DNA of 64,000 nucleotides from the NCBI GenBank assembly GCA_965116925.1, contig OZ220744.1:3456001-3520000 (forward strand). Direction: 5' to 3'. The position numbers were made by a program, and so were the translations under genes. This DNA is from Candidatus Poribacteria bacterium (GTDB lineage Bacteria; Poribacteria; WGA-4E; PCPOR2b). Positions within the stretch are counted from its first letter, which is position 1; each line of letters opens with the position of its first letter. Below, in pieces: positions 20,555 through 29,107 of this stretch. Under the pieces are notes generated by a model that was given only the letters and a program-made list of their open reading frames with translations, was not told where the DNA came from and did no database searches.

Positions 20555-21283
20555 ATGCCATTACCTTTAGAGGGACCGCGCCCATTGAGTCCTTTGGAAC
20601 AGGAGGCACTTCGTTTGGTGTTTTGGGATTCAATTGATCCGTGCGATGTTTATGTGACGGTTATAGAGCGTCTTGAACATACGGTGGGAGGTACGGCTGC
20701 GACTTACAATAATGGAGGTATTAAGGTTAACGGATCAAGGTTTCCGTATACCGATGCCTTGGGTATAAATTCGACGCTTGCGAATACGGATATATTTAAG
20801 CCCGGGAATATGAACTATCTATCTAGGTTGATACATGAGTCTACACATCATTGGCAATCGGTTTACAAAAAGTATGATTGGCGTGGTCCCCCCGATACAG
20901 GAGTATACGACTTCAGTAAGAAAGAATTGGAGACACTAAAGTTTATAAAAGAGGAACATCCGGACCTGAGAGAGCCACATAAGTTCAAGGAAAAGTATGA
21001 TGAGCTCCTTAAAGAGCAGCATGCGTCTGCGGCACAGATTTATTTTTTAATTGAGTGGCAGTTGGAACATTCCTCTGATCCTCTAGTAAATCTTACATAT
21101 GCGTGGAGTAGTAATGAGGAGCGTGTTGGACCGGTAGAACGTTATAGCGAAATTCGTAAGTGGGTTGTTCGCGGTCAGTCCGGACCTTGGATATCTCGTG
21201 CAGATGCGAGCGGTCTAAGCAGTCATTTTAATGCATATCTAGTTGATTTACGTTCTGGAGGACAAAAACAGTGGGCTGGTTGA
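20555..21283 (+). CDS. HExxH metallopeptidase-like protein P5
   Basis: MPLPLEGPRPLSPLEQE; LIHESTHHWQ; KEQHASAAQ; C-terminus YLVDLRSGGQKQWAG shared with P2. Confidence 0.8.
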   Translation: MPLPLEGPRPLSPLEQEALRLVFWDSIDPCDVYVTVIERLEHTVGGTAATYNNGGIKVNGSRFPYTDALGINSTLANTDIFKPGNMNYLSRLIHESTHHWQSVYKKYDWRGPPDTGVYDFSKKELETLKFIKEEHPDLREPHKFKEKYDELLKEQHASAAQIYFLIEWQLEHSSDPLVNLTYAWSSNEERVGPVERYSEIRKWVVRGQSGPWISRADASGLSSHFNAYLVDLRSGGQKQWAG

Positions 21284-21344
21284 GTCCACCTTATCCTTCT
21301 TAGCATAGGATTTTTACTCATCTCAACAACATAGGAGGAATCAG

Positions 21345-22262
21345 ATGCCATTAGCGATGGAGGGAACTCGCGTCTTGAGTCCTTTGGAGCGAGATGCAGT
21401 TAAGTTAGTGTTTAAGGATGCAATTGACCCGTGGGATATTAGCTTGACAGTTGTTGAGTCCATTCCGTGGGAGGGGCACGGATTGCAAGATATTAATCCG
21501 AGGATTGGCAATCAGTTTAGACCGTTGTCGTCTATTCCACAACAGGAAATTATCGATCTGCTTAAACAGAAGCCGACTATTGAACAGCAGTTGCCGCCTA
21601 AACCCCTACCTCAGGACATTAAACCGCCACTAGAGAGAGTGGCTTCAACTTACGATGGTAATGGAAAAATTAGGATTAGCAGGTCTGCCTTCCCACATAC
21701 CGATGCTCTGAATATAAATTCGACTCGTGCGGATACGAAGGTATTCAAGCCCGCGAATATACATTATCTATCTACCTTTATATATCAGTGCACGCGCTAT
21801 TGGCAATGGGTGTATGATCAGCGCAGAACGCCTATACGCAACTCGGGTTCAGCGTACCACTTTACTACGAGCCAACTGATAAAAGACAATTTCCCGGGGC
21901 TCGTGGCAGAGCGACATGCGTCTGCTGCCCAGGTCTATTTTGTGCTTGCTTGGCAGGTGCGTCACGCGCCGTTCACTATGATTGGAAAACAAAGGAAGTT
22001 CGCAGATATAGATTTGACGAGTGGACCACCAGACAATGAGCATAGTGTTGGACCTGTTGATCGCTATGATGAGATTGTCCGTATTAAGCGTGCAATTGGT
22101 CGACCTATTGTTACATATGAAGTGACGACTAACTTGAGGGATAACTTTTCAAAATTTATATATCATTTACGAAATGCAGGTACAAGAAAACGGCTTGTTT
22201 GTGCAAAGGCCATGCAAGCTGCACAGATTCATCCAACGTCCCCGTTCTATGACCCACTTTAG
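21345..22262 (+). CDS. Catalytically degenerate peptidase paralog P6
   Basis: HExxH position reads YQCTR; N-terminus like P3, C-terminal half like P8. Confidence 0.75.
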   Translation: MPLAMEGTRVLSPLERDAVKLVFKDAIDPWDISLTVVESIPWEGHGLQDINPRIGNQFRPLSSIPQQEIIDLLKQKPTIEQQLPPKPLPQDIKPPLERVASTYDGNGKIRISRSAFPHTDALNINSTRADTKVFKPANIHYLSTFIYQCTRYWQWVYDQRRTPIRNSGSAYHFTTSQLIKDNFPGLVAERHASAAQVYFVLAWQVRHAPFTMIGKQRKFADIDLTSGPPDNEHSVGPVDRYDEIVRIKRAIGRPIVTYEVTTNLRDNFSKFIYHLRNAGTRKRLVCAKAMQAAQIHPTSPFYDPL

Positions 22263-22391
22263 AGGACTGCCCCTACCTAATCCATCGGGTAGCTTCCAGC
22301 ACGTGGATTGACCGCTGAAAGTAATGCGGTGGAGGTGCCTGAAGCGTTGCTAGTAGGGGTGAGTAAGGAAGATACTGACAATAGCGACAAC

Positions 22392-22853
22392 TTAGGGCTT
22401 TGGCATGGTCCGAAACCGTATCTCAAACCTTGAGCTTTGACATATGACATCCTGAACGTAGATCTTAATCATGTACTCAGTATCGAATTGCAGCTCTTCA
22501 CCTACAGTGGCTGTTAATGTCACAATGTCTGTGACCCTGTGGGTCATATCGACAGGCATCCAATAGAGGGGCTCTCCATCAAGTAAGATAGCAATCTTGT
22601 GCAGCTTGAGATCTTCATCAAATTTGAAGAGAAATCCGCCTGCATTGAGGGGTTGAGGGTCAACGTTATCTTCTCCACCAAGTAAGGTGCCCCATACGAG
22701 TTGCGGCACTTCACCGCTAAACCGAAAGCGTTCACCTGATGCCATAGTGGGTGTATGTTCTTGGATAGCGGGTTCTGGTTCTTCGACCGCTGGCGTTTCA
22801 GTATCGCAGCCGAGAACCAGAATAACGAACATCAATAGAACGAGTTTCTTCAT
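22392..22853 (-). CDS. Lipoprotein L9, single Ig-like domain
   Basis: LVLGC lipobox; very close to L11. Confidence 0.8.
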   Translation of the reverse strand: MKKLVLLMFVILVLGCDTETPAVEEPEPAIQEHTPTMASGERFRFSGEVPQLVWGTLLGGEDNVDPQPLNAGGFLFKFDEDLKLHKIAILLDGEPLYWMPVDMTHRVTDIVTLTATVGEELQFDTEYMIKIYVQDVICQSSRFEIRFRTMPKP

Positions 22854-22892
22854 GATATATCTCCTTATTCTTTAGATAAGCGGTGAGGGCTT

Positions 22893-23417
22893 TTACTTTG
22901 GCTTCGTTTGAAATATTATCGTCGTCTTCCCGTCCCTGCATCCGAAGCCTTGCACGAAAATCTCAAGCACGTACTTGGTGTTGTATTCCAACAATCGGCT
23001 GTCCTCCATGGGCATCAGATGGACTTGGTTTCCGATGTCCCAGCCATCGACGATATCGCGAGGGGACCAATTGAGGTGCCAACCGTGGTCAGACTGGAGG
23101 TCAGCTGTATACATACTAAGGATCTCCGTAAATTCGAGGATAATTCCGTCGCGATTCAACAGTTCAGGGTCGGCATCAACCTTCCCATCAATCTGGCTAC
23201 ACGGGAATGACGGACAAGGCAGTGGGAGTCGGGTTGCGCCATCAATTCTTCCGTCAAACACGCTACCTGCTACGATTTGCGGGGGAGTGGGAAATTCTTC
23301 TTCAATCACAACGGGTGGTGGTTCTTCGATAACAGGTTCTGGTTCTTCGACCACCGGCGTTTCGGTGCCGCAACCCAGAATCAGCATGGCGAATAGGAAT
23401 AGAGATAGGTTTTTCAT
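22893..23417 (-). CDS. Lipoprotein L10, single Ig-like domain with insert
   Basis: LILGC lipobox; paralog of L3 with an extra PLPCPSFPCSQ loop. Confidence 0.8.
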   Translation of the reverse strand: MKNLSLFLFAMLILGCGTETPVVEEPEPVIEEPPPVVIEEEFPTPPQIVAGSVFDGRIDGATRLPLPCPSFPCSQIDGKVDADPELLNRDGIILEFTEILSMYTADLQSDHGWHLNWSPRDIVDGWDIGNQVHLMPMEDSRLLEYNTKYVLEIFVQGFGCRDGKTTIIFQTKPK

Positions 23418-23559
23418 GGGATACCTCCTGAAGAATAATGCGTGATGCGTAAGAGGAAACGGAACGGAGATCTCCGTTTCCTACGAAGCGTAGGTCTTAA
23501 ATAGTTACATCCCATTCACTACGATTTGTTTCAAAAAAAAAGTGTAAAGGAGAATGGTC

Positions 23560-24309
23560 ATGGGTTTAACCCCACACGGTCCTCGGAGACTTAGTAACTT
23601 AGAAAGAGCCGCGATTGATCTGGTTTTTAGGGAATATAGTAAACCACTGGCAGAGAGAGATGGGACCTTTGATAAACTCCAAATCTCTATTGTTCCAAAC
23701 GATGTAGATGCAAATGGTGAACATAGGCGTGGATCGTATAGCAACAATACAATTACTATAGCAATTGATCAGCATCTATGTACGGATAATTTAGATCGCA
23801 GTTCAGCTCTCGGGAACACAGATATTCTCAAGCCGGGGAATATGGAATATCTGAACACATTTATCCATGAGTCTACACACCATTGGCAATCATTTCACGA
23901 TAGGTATAAATGGAGTGGCACCTCCAACCCGACCCGATACCACTTTACTGAGAAGGAATTGACAGAATCGCCCCCCACGGAGCACAAATTGGCGGACAAG
24001 AATCCCTGGTTTAATAGGGATCCAAACAAGAAGGATATCCTGAATCTCTGGAAAGAGCAACATGCTTCTGCTGCGGCAACCTGGTTTATTATCGGTTGGC
24101 AGCTCAAGTATGCGAGCAATTATGTGGATCTCACCACTAAACGAGGAGCGTCAGTTGGAACGGTAGATCGCTACGCAGAGATAAAGAAAATTAAGCATGG
24201 TAAGGATAGGCGTTGGGTTAGGAAAGACAAGGCGATTATGCTTGCTAGTGCTTTTGACATAGTGCTAGCTGAGTTGCGCACTGGTTATTATTGGAGACAT
24301 GTCAATTAA
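23560..24309 (+). CDS. HExxH metallopeptidase-like protein P7
   Basis: MGLTPHGPRRLSNLERA; FIHESTHHWQ; KEQHASAAA. Confidence 0.8.
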   Translation: MGLTPHGPRRLSNLERAAIDLVFREYSKPLAERDGTFDKLQISIVPNDVDANGEHRRGSYSNNTITIAIDQHLCTDNLDRSSALGNTDILKPGNMEYLNTFIHESTHHWQSFHDRYKWSGTSNPTRYHFTEKELTESPPTEHKLADKNPWFNRDPNKKDILNLWKEQHASAAATWFIIGWQLKYASNYVDLTTKRGASVGTVDRYAEIKKIKHGKDRRWVRKDKAIMLASAFDIVLAELRTGYYWRHVN

Positions 24310-24446
24310 CTCTTTACATTGGCTGCATCAGAAATCGTATCTGAACTAGAATACCAAATATCAATAAGGATAATTTTTCTGAGCCCCCACCTTTTAGGAT
24401 TTCAACATAGGTGGTTACTCGTGCGAATCATATAGGAGGAATGAAA

Positions 24447-25310
24447 ATGCCATTAGAGGTACAGGGACCTCGTGAATTGAGTCCTTTAGAGAAGGATGCA
24501 CTTTATATTGTGTTTGGCACACCTGAACAGGGAATTGCACCGTCGGAGCTCCAATTGGAGGTTGTCGAGTCTATAGGAGGACCGGGCGGGCAGGGATTGC
24601 GGAATATTGATCAAGAAATGGCCGCTCCGTCTATACAGGGAGGGTCGCTGCAAGAGATACTGTTCGGACGGATTAAACAAGTATCGGTGGATTCGACTTA
24701 CGATAGTAGTGGGTTGATTACGATTAGCAGATCTGCCTTCCCGCATACCGATGATCTGCATGAGAGATCCACTTTTAGGAATACGAAGAAACTCAAGCCC
24801 GCGAATATACACTATCTATCCACGTTTATATATCAGTGCACGCGCTATTGGCAATGGGTGTATGATCGGCGTAGAACGCCTATACGCAACTCGGGTTCAG
24901 CGTACCACTTTACTACGAGCCAACTGATAAAAGATAATTTCCCGGAGCTCGTGGCAGAGCGACATGCGTCTGCTGCCCAGGTCTATTTCGTGCTTGCTTG
25001 GCAGGTGCGTCACGCGCCATGGACTAGAATTGAAGGCCATAGAAAGTTCGCAGATATAGATTTGACGAGTGGACCACCAGACAATGAGCAGAGTGTTGGA
25101 CCTGTTGATCGCTATGATGAGATTGTCCGTATTAAACGTGCGATTGGTCGGCCTATTGTTACATATGAAGTGGCGACTAACTTGATGAATAATTTTCGGG
25201 ACTATATATTGGATTTACAAGATGCAGGTATAAGAAAACGTTCTGTTTGTGCAGAAGCCATGCAAGCTGCACAGATTCATCCAACGTCCCCGTTCTATGA
25301 CCCACTTTAG
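24447..25310 (+). CDS. Catalytically degenerate peptidase paralog P8
   Basis: MPLEVQGPRELSPLEKD; YQCTR replaces HExxH. Confidence 0.75.
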   Translation: MPLEVQGPRELSPLEKDALYIVFGTPEQGIAPSELQLEVVESIGGPGGQGLRNIDQEMAAPSIQGGSLQEILFGRIKQVSVDSTYDSSGLITISRSAFPHTDDLHERSTFRNTKKLKPANIHYLSTFIYQCTRYWQWVYDRRRTPIRNSGSAYHFTTSQLIKDNFPELVAERHASAAQVYFVLAWQVRHAPWTRIEGHRKFADIDLTSGPPDNEQSVGPVDRYDEIVRIKRAIGRPIVTYEVATNLMNNFRDYILDLQDAGIRKRSVCAEAMQAAQIHPTSPFYDPL

Positions 25311-25439
25311 AGGACTGCCCCTACCTAATCCATCGGGTAGCTTCCAGCACGTGGATTGACTGCTGAAAGTAATGCGGTGGAGGTGCCTGAAGCGTTGCTA
25401 GTAGGGGTGAGTAAGGAAGATACTGACAATAGCGACAAC

Positions 25440-25901
25440 TTAGGGCTTTGGCATCGTCCGAAACCGTATCTCAAACCTTGAGCTTTGACATATGACATCC
25501 TGAACGTAGATCTTAATCACGTACTCCGTATCGAATTGCAACTCCTCACCTGCAGTGGCTCTTAATGTCACAACGTGTGTGACCAAGTGGGTCATATCGA
25601 CAGGTAGCCAATAGAGGGGCTCTCCATCAAGTAAGATGGCAATCTTGTGCAGCTTGAGATCTTCATCAAAGTCGAAGCGAAATCCGCCCGCATTGATCGG
25701 ATCAGGGTCGACATTATCTTCTCCACCAAGTACGGTCCCCCATACGAGTTGCGGCACATCACCGCTAAACCGAAAGCGTTCACCTGATACCACAGTGGGT
25801 GTATGTTCTTCGATAACAGGTTCTGGTTCTTCGACCACCGGCGTTTCAGTGTCGCAGCCGAGAATCAGGATAACGAACATCAACAGAGATAGGTTTTTCA
25901 T
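25440..25901 (-). CDS. Lipoprotein L11, single Ig-like domain
   Basis: LILGC lipobox; paralog of L9. Confidence 0.8.
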   Translation of the reverse strand: MKNLSLLMFVILILGCDTETPVVEEPEPVIEEHTPTVVSGERFRFSGDVPQLVWGTVLGGEDNVDPDPINAGGFRFDFDEDLKLHKIAILLDGEPLYWLPVDMTHLVTHVVTLRATAGEELQFDTEYVIKIYVQDVICQSSRFEIRFRTMPKP

Positions 25902-26195
25902 GGGATACCTCCTGAAGAATAATGCGTGATGCGTAAGAGGAAACGGAACGGAGATCTCCGTTTCCTACGAAGCGTAGGTTTTAAATAGTTACATCCCACT
26001 CACTTCGATTTGTTTCAAAAAAGTAAGATCTCAGGACCTGCGCGGTTGAATACTCAAAACCAACGCCAGTTGAATCTGTTCATTCGTTGGGGCTCACTAA
26101 CCTCGCCCTTTCCGAAAAACATTCTCTAATTAGGAAATAATTTGCTCAAATAAGGGCAAAATTCGGGAAATTATTCTCTATATATTAAAATATGA

Positions 26196-26224
26196 TTGAC
26201 AATGGTGAAAAAGTTTGGTATAAT
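26196..26224 (+). promoter_or_regulatory. Consensus sigma70 promoter upstream of the lysis genes
   Basis: TTGACA-17 bp-TATAAT; spacer differs from the 6418 promoter at one base. Confidence 0.85.
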
Positions 26225-26230
26225 TCTCCC

Positions 26231-26441
26231 ATCTTGATAAAACAAGACTATCGCAACACCGACTAGAACATCTGCGTGGATCGATTCCGACAAGACCGGA
26301 ACGGTATCCATAACTTCATAACCTTCGATAACAGATCAACCCCGGATGGGGCGGTATCTGTGTTGGTTCATTGGCTCATTAGTTCGTTGAGTGAGCCGGT
26401 GCCCCAATGCACCAGCGTTACTGCTCTGTTCGTTTTTTTTT
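26231..26441 (+). ncRNA. Putative attenuator leader RNA, copy 3 (two tandem cores)
   Basis: Cores GGATCGATTCCGACAAGACCGGAACGGTATCC (26278-26309) and AGATCAACCCCGGATGGGGCGGTATCT (26333-26359); 3' arm TACTGCTCTGTTCG plus T tract. Confidence 0.7.
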
Positions 26442-26508
26442 GAGGTCAGGGACTTTCGGAACGGAGGGGGGCGGAGGTTAGAGAAAACTGAATTGAAGGA
26501 TAGGTTTC

Positions 26509-26799
26509 ATGGAAGAAAGCACCCGCGTATGGATAAATAAAATTGAATCGAAGTTAGATCAGGTCTCAACGGAATTCACGCGAGGGTTTGCACAACTTTC
26601 AACGAAGTTGGATATCTATCTGAACAAGCAAGATGATCATGAGCGGCGTTTGTTGGCTTTGGAAGAGTATAGACATAAACAGGATGGTGTCAATGAATCG
26701 ACGAGCAAGCGGTATACACGGTTGATGGTGATACTGATTGCGTCGGAGGTGCTTTTTCTGGGTGCCGGCTTGATAGCGTCTTTGGTGTTGCGAGGCTGA
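26509..26799 (+). CDS. Small coiled-coil protein with C-terminal TM (holin/XhlA-like)
   Basis: DHERRLLALE coil followed by one hydrophobic helix; lies upstream of the endolysin. Confidence 0.55.
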   Translation: MEESTRVWINKIESKLDQVSTEFTRGFAQLSTKLDIYLNKQDDHERRLLALEEYRHKQDGVNESTSKRYTRLMVILIASEVLFLGAGLIASLVLRG

Positions 26800-26954
26800 T
26801 ACAAATGGCGTTTCAACTCGGCAGACCCAGTTTGCTATAGCATGGCGAAACTAGTGGAGAAAGAGAAAATGTGTCGATTACACCTAAAACAAAGAGAGAT
26901 AACCGTAAAATTGCTTCAGTAGATGGACGACAATAAGGAAGGAGGGAGGCGGCT

Positions 26955-27215
26955 ATGCTAAAACGAGAGTCAGACGAAAAGGATTCGACGACCGCGGTAT
27001 GGTGGAATTACGTACTGGCGGTGCTCGTTACGGGTGGCATCTTTGCAGTCGAGATTTTCTTTGATAAAGGGATACTTGACGGCACCTTAATTGGTATGCT
27101 CATCATCAAAGTCTACGATGCGTTGAACCTCCAGAACGCCTATTTTTTTCCCTCCCAACGCTCACCAAAGAATGGAAGTGGAGATCTCAAAAATGATAAT
27201 AGAACGACTTCGTGA
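26955..27215 (+). CDS. Putative holin
   Basis: 86 aa, two hydrophobic segments, overlaps the endolysin start; RBS GGAGG. Confidence 0.55.
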   Translation: MLKRESDEKDSTTAVWWNYVLAVLVTGGIFAVEIFFDKGILDGTLIGMLIIKVYDALNLQNAYFFPSQRSPKNGSGDLKNDNRTTS

Positions 27216-27798
27216 GACCCTCAAGCGTGATGAAGGGTTTGAGTTGAAAAGGCATGAGGTTCAGGGGATAGACCATATCGGATACGGCATCAACCTTGAG
27301 CAGGAACTGCCGGACGAACTACTGGGTTATCTTGGCGTGGAGGCTGAGGACGCTATTGAGGAGATTACGCAGGAACAGGCGGATTACTTGCTGGACTACT
27401 ACGTGGAAGTCGCTGAAGGGGATTGCAAGACCATTTATGGTGATATATGGCAGCACCTATCCCCGCTGCGGCAGGAGGTCTTGATCAATTTGGCTTTCAA
27501 TCTTGGGCTCCCACGTTTGAAAGCATTTCGGAAGATGAACGCGGCTATTCGTGTAGAGGATTGGACGGCGGCGGCGGCACAGATGCTCGATAGTAAAGCG
27601 GCACGGCAGACAGGGAAACGGTATCATCGGTTGGCAAGGACATTTGAGATGAACGATGAGAGCTATCTCAAACTGGATAAGATTTATGATGAACCGACTG
27701 TTCGGCAGGATCTTCCGGTGATTCCCACCGGGGAGGAATTGGCTGGCGTTGAGGACCAGGTACTGATTGCGGAGCTGGCGCGTCGGCTGGGCTTATGA
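27193..27798 (+). CDS. Phage lysozyme/endolysin (T4-like, GH24)
   Basis: LKRDEG..IGYG..RQEVLINLAFNLG..L..F.KM..A...DW..AA.QMLDSK.A.Q..R..RL. Confidence 0.85.
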   Translation: MIIERLRETLKRDEGFELKRHEVQGIDHIGYGINLEQELPDELLGYLGVEAEDAIEEITQEQADYLLDYYVEVAEGDCKTIYGDIWQHLSPLRQEVLINLAFNLGLPRLKAFRKMNAAIRVEDWTAAAAQMLDSKAARQTGKRYHRLARTFEMNDESYLKLDKIYDEPTVRQDLPVIPTGEELAGVEDQVLIAELARRLGL

Positions 27799-27945
27799 GA
27801 GAAAACGAGAAGGCGAGAAGACGTGAAGGCGAGAAGGTGAGAAGACGAGAAGACGTGAAGGCGAGAAGACCAGACTTTGTCTCGTTCTCTCGTTTTCCCG
27901 TTCTCCCGTTTTCCCGTTTTCCTGTTCTCCCGTTCTCCCGTTTTC
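27799..27945. repeat. Octamer tandem tracts (GAAGRCGA-type, then TTYTCCCG-type)
   Basis: Visible 8-bp periodicity; similar tracts at 32985-33015, 46521-46558 and 56545-56625. Confidence 0.75.
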
Positions 27946-27971
27946 ATTTCTTTTTCAAAAGGAGAAAACTA

Positions 27972-28676
27972 ATGAAAAGGGTGTTTGTTGTATTGTTAGG
28001 TGTGTTGTTAAGTGTTTCGATTGCTCACGGCTTTTATGGCGATATTGCCACGGATCGTGAGAGTTTCACGCTTGGGGTAGCGGGTCAGAACGCAAACCAG
28101 ATTACTTCGTTGACCGCCCTGTTCCCCCTCAAGAACGCGAACGGGTGGGCGGGTGCTTACGTCAGTCGTCAGGTCGCCGATAGCGAGGTGGTTTCGGAGA
28201 CGCTCAACGGACACCTCCAAGGTGGATTCTTGGTTCGGGGTATCGGTATCGAGGCGTACATCGAGGCGACGCGCGACAAGTGGCGGATGATTGATCTCGC
28301 TATTGAGACGGGTTACTTCGTGCGTCCGGGAACATTTACCGCCGGCGGTATCACCTTCTCTGGCGGTGTAGGCAACTATACCGAGCGACGGGACTTAGAC
28401 GAGGCGATTGGTCGGGACAAAACAGATGCTTCGACCACATTTGGCTGGTTGGCGTTTGTCAGCGCCAAGTGGCGGAATGTCTCAGGGGTTCTACGGTTTA
28501 AGCCGAGTTTGGATTTCGAGGAAGAAGTCATCGAAGGCTCGCTTTCGTTTAATCACGAATTGACGGAAACGGTTTCGCTCGGTATCACGACGCAGGCAAC
28601 GATCGACTCGCAGGTAGAAGCCGACCAGACGGCGCATACATCGTATCTGATCAATTTCACTTACACGCCCGAATAA
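27972..28676 (+). CDS. Exported, probable outer-membrane beta-barrel protein
   Basis: Signal peptide MKRVFVVLLGVLLSVSIAHG; alternating beta-strand pattern; ends in LINFTYTPE. Confidence 0.55.
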   Translation: MKRVFVVLLGVLLSVSIAHGFYGDIATDRESFTLGVAGQNANQITSLTALFPLKNANGWAGAYVSRQVADSEVVSETLNGHLQGGFLVRGIGIEAYIEATRDKWRMIDLAIETGYFVRPGTFTAGGITFSGGVGNYTERRDLDEAIGRDKTDASTTFGWLAFVSAKWRNVSGVLRFKPSLDFEEEVIEGSLSFNHELTETVSLGITTQATIDSQVEADQTAHTSYLINFTYTPE

Positions 28677-29107
28677 TGTCAGAATATATTATCAAGAAAA
28701 AATCGAGATTGTGGAAGGTCCTCCCCGGTGGCAGGAACAAGTTTTCTGCCACACTGGGGGAGACCATCTACCTCACACCTAAGCGGTATGATGATTGGAA
28801 AAGCGGGAAACCGAAGAAATCGACGCTGGCACTCATTGAACATGAGAAGGTGCATGTTGATCAGTTTCGGCGTGACCCCGCTTTTAAGCGGCACTATCTC
28901 ACCAGTCGTCAATGGCGGTTGCTCTACGAGGCGGAGGCGTATGCGAAACAGGCGTTTGTGCGAGTCCAACTGGATAAGCGGAAACGGGGTCGTCACTACT
29001 TTGTGAGCCGGTACGCGAAGGTGTTGGCATCGAAAACTTACTTACTCTTTATGGACTACAACAAGATCTATAAAGCGATAGACAGGGAATATGAAAGGTT
29101 ATTATGA
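28676..29107 (+). CDS. DUF4157-like HExxH protein
   Basis: ATLGETIY...LIEHEKVHVDQ...YEAEAY. Confidence 0.65.
   Translation: MSEYIIKKKSRLWKVLPGGRNKFSATLGETIYLTPKRYDDWKSGKPKKSTLALIEHEKVHVDQFRRDPAFKRHYLTSRQWRLLYEAEAYAKQAFVRVQLDKRKRGRHYFVSRYAKVLASKTYLLFMDYNKIYKAIDREYERLL

Noticed and set aside
10451..26022. Integron cassette array, shufflon or CRISPR interpretation of the repeated intergenic element
   Set aside because: No integrase, invertase or cas gene. The element lacks attC-like inverted core sites, all copies share one orientation, and spacing is kilobases.
27795..27971. N-terminal extensions in the ORF track (27795, 44043, 58951, 20444, 12544, 20498)
   Set aside because: They translate repeats or intergenic DNA; better starts with RBS and paralog support lie downstream.
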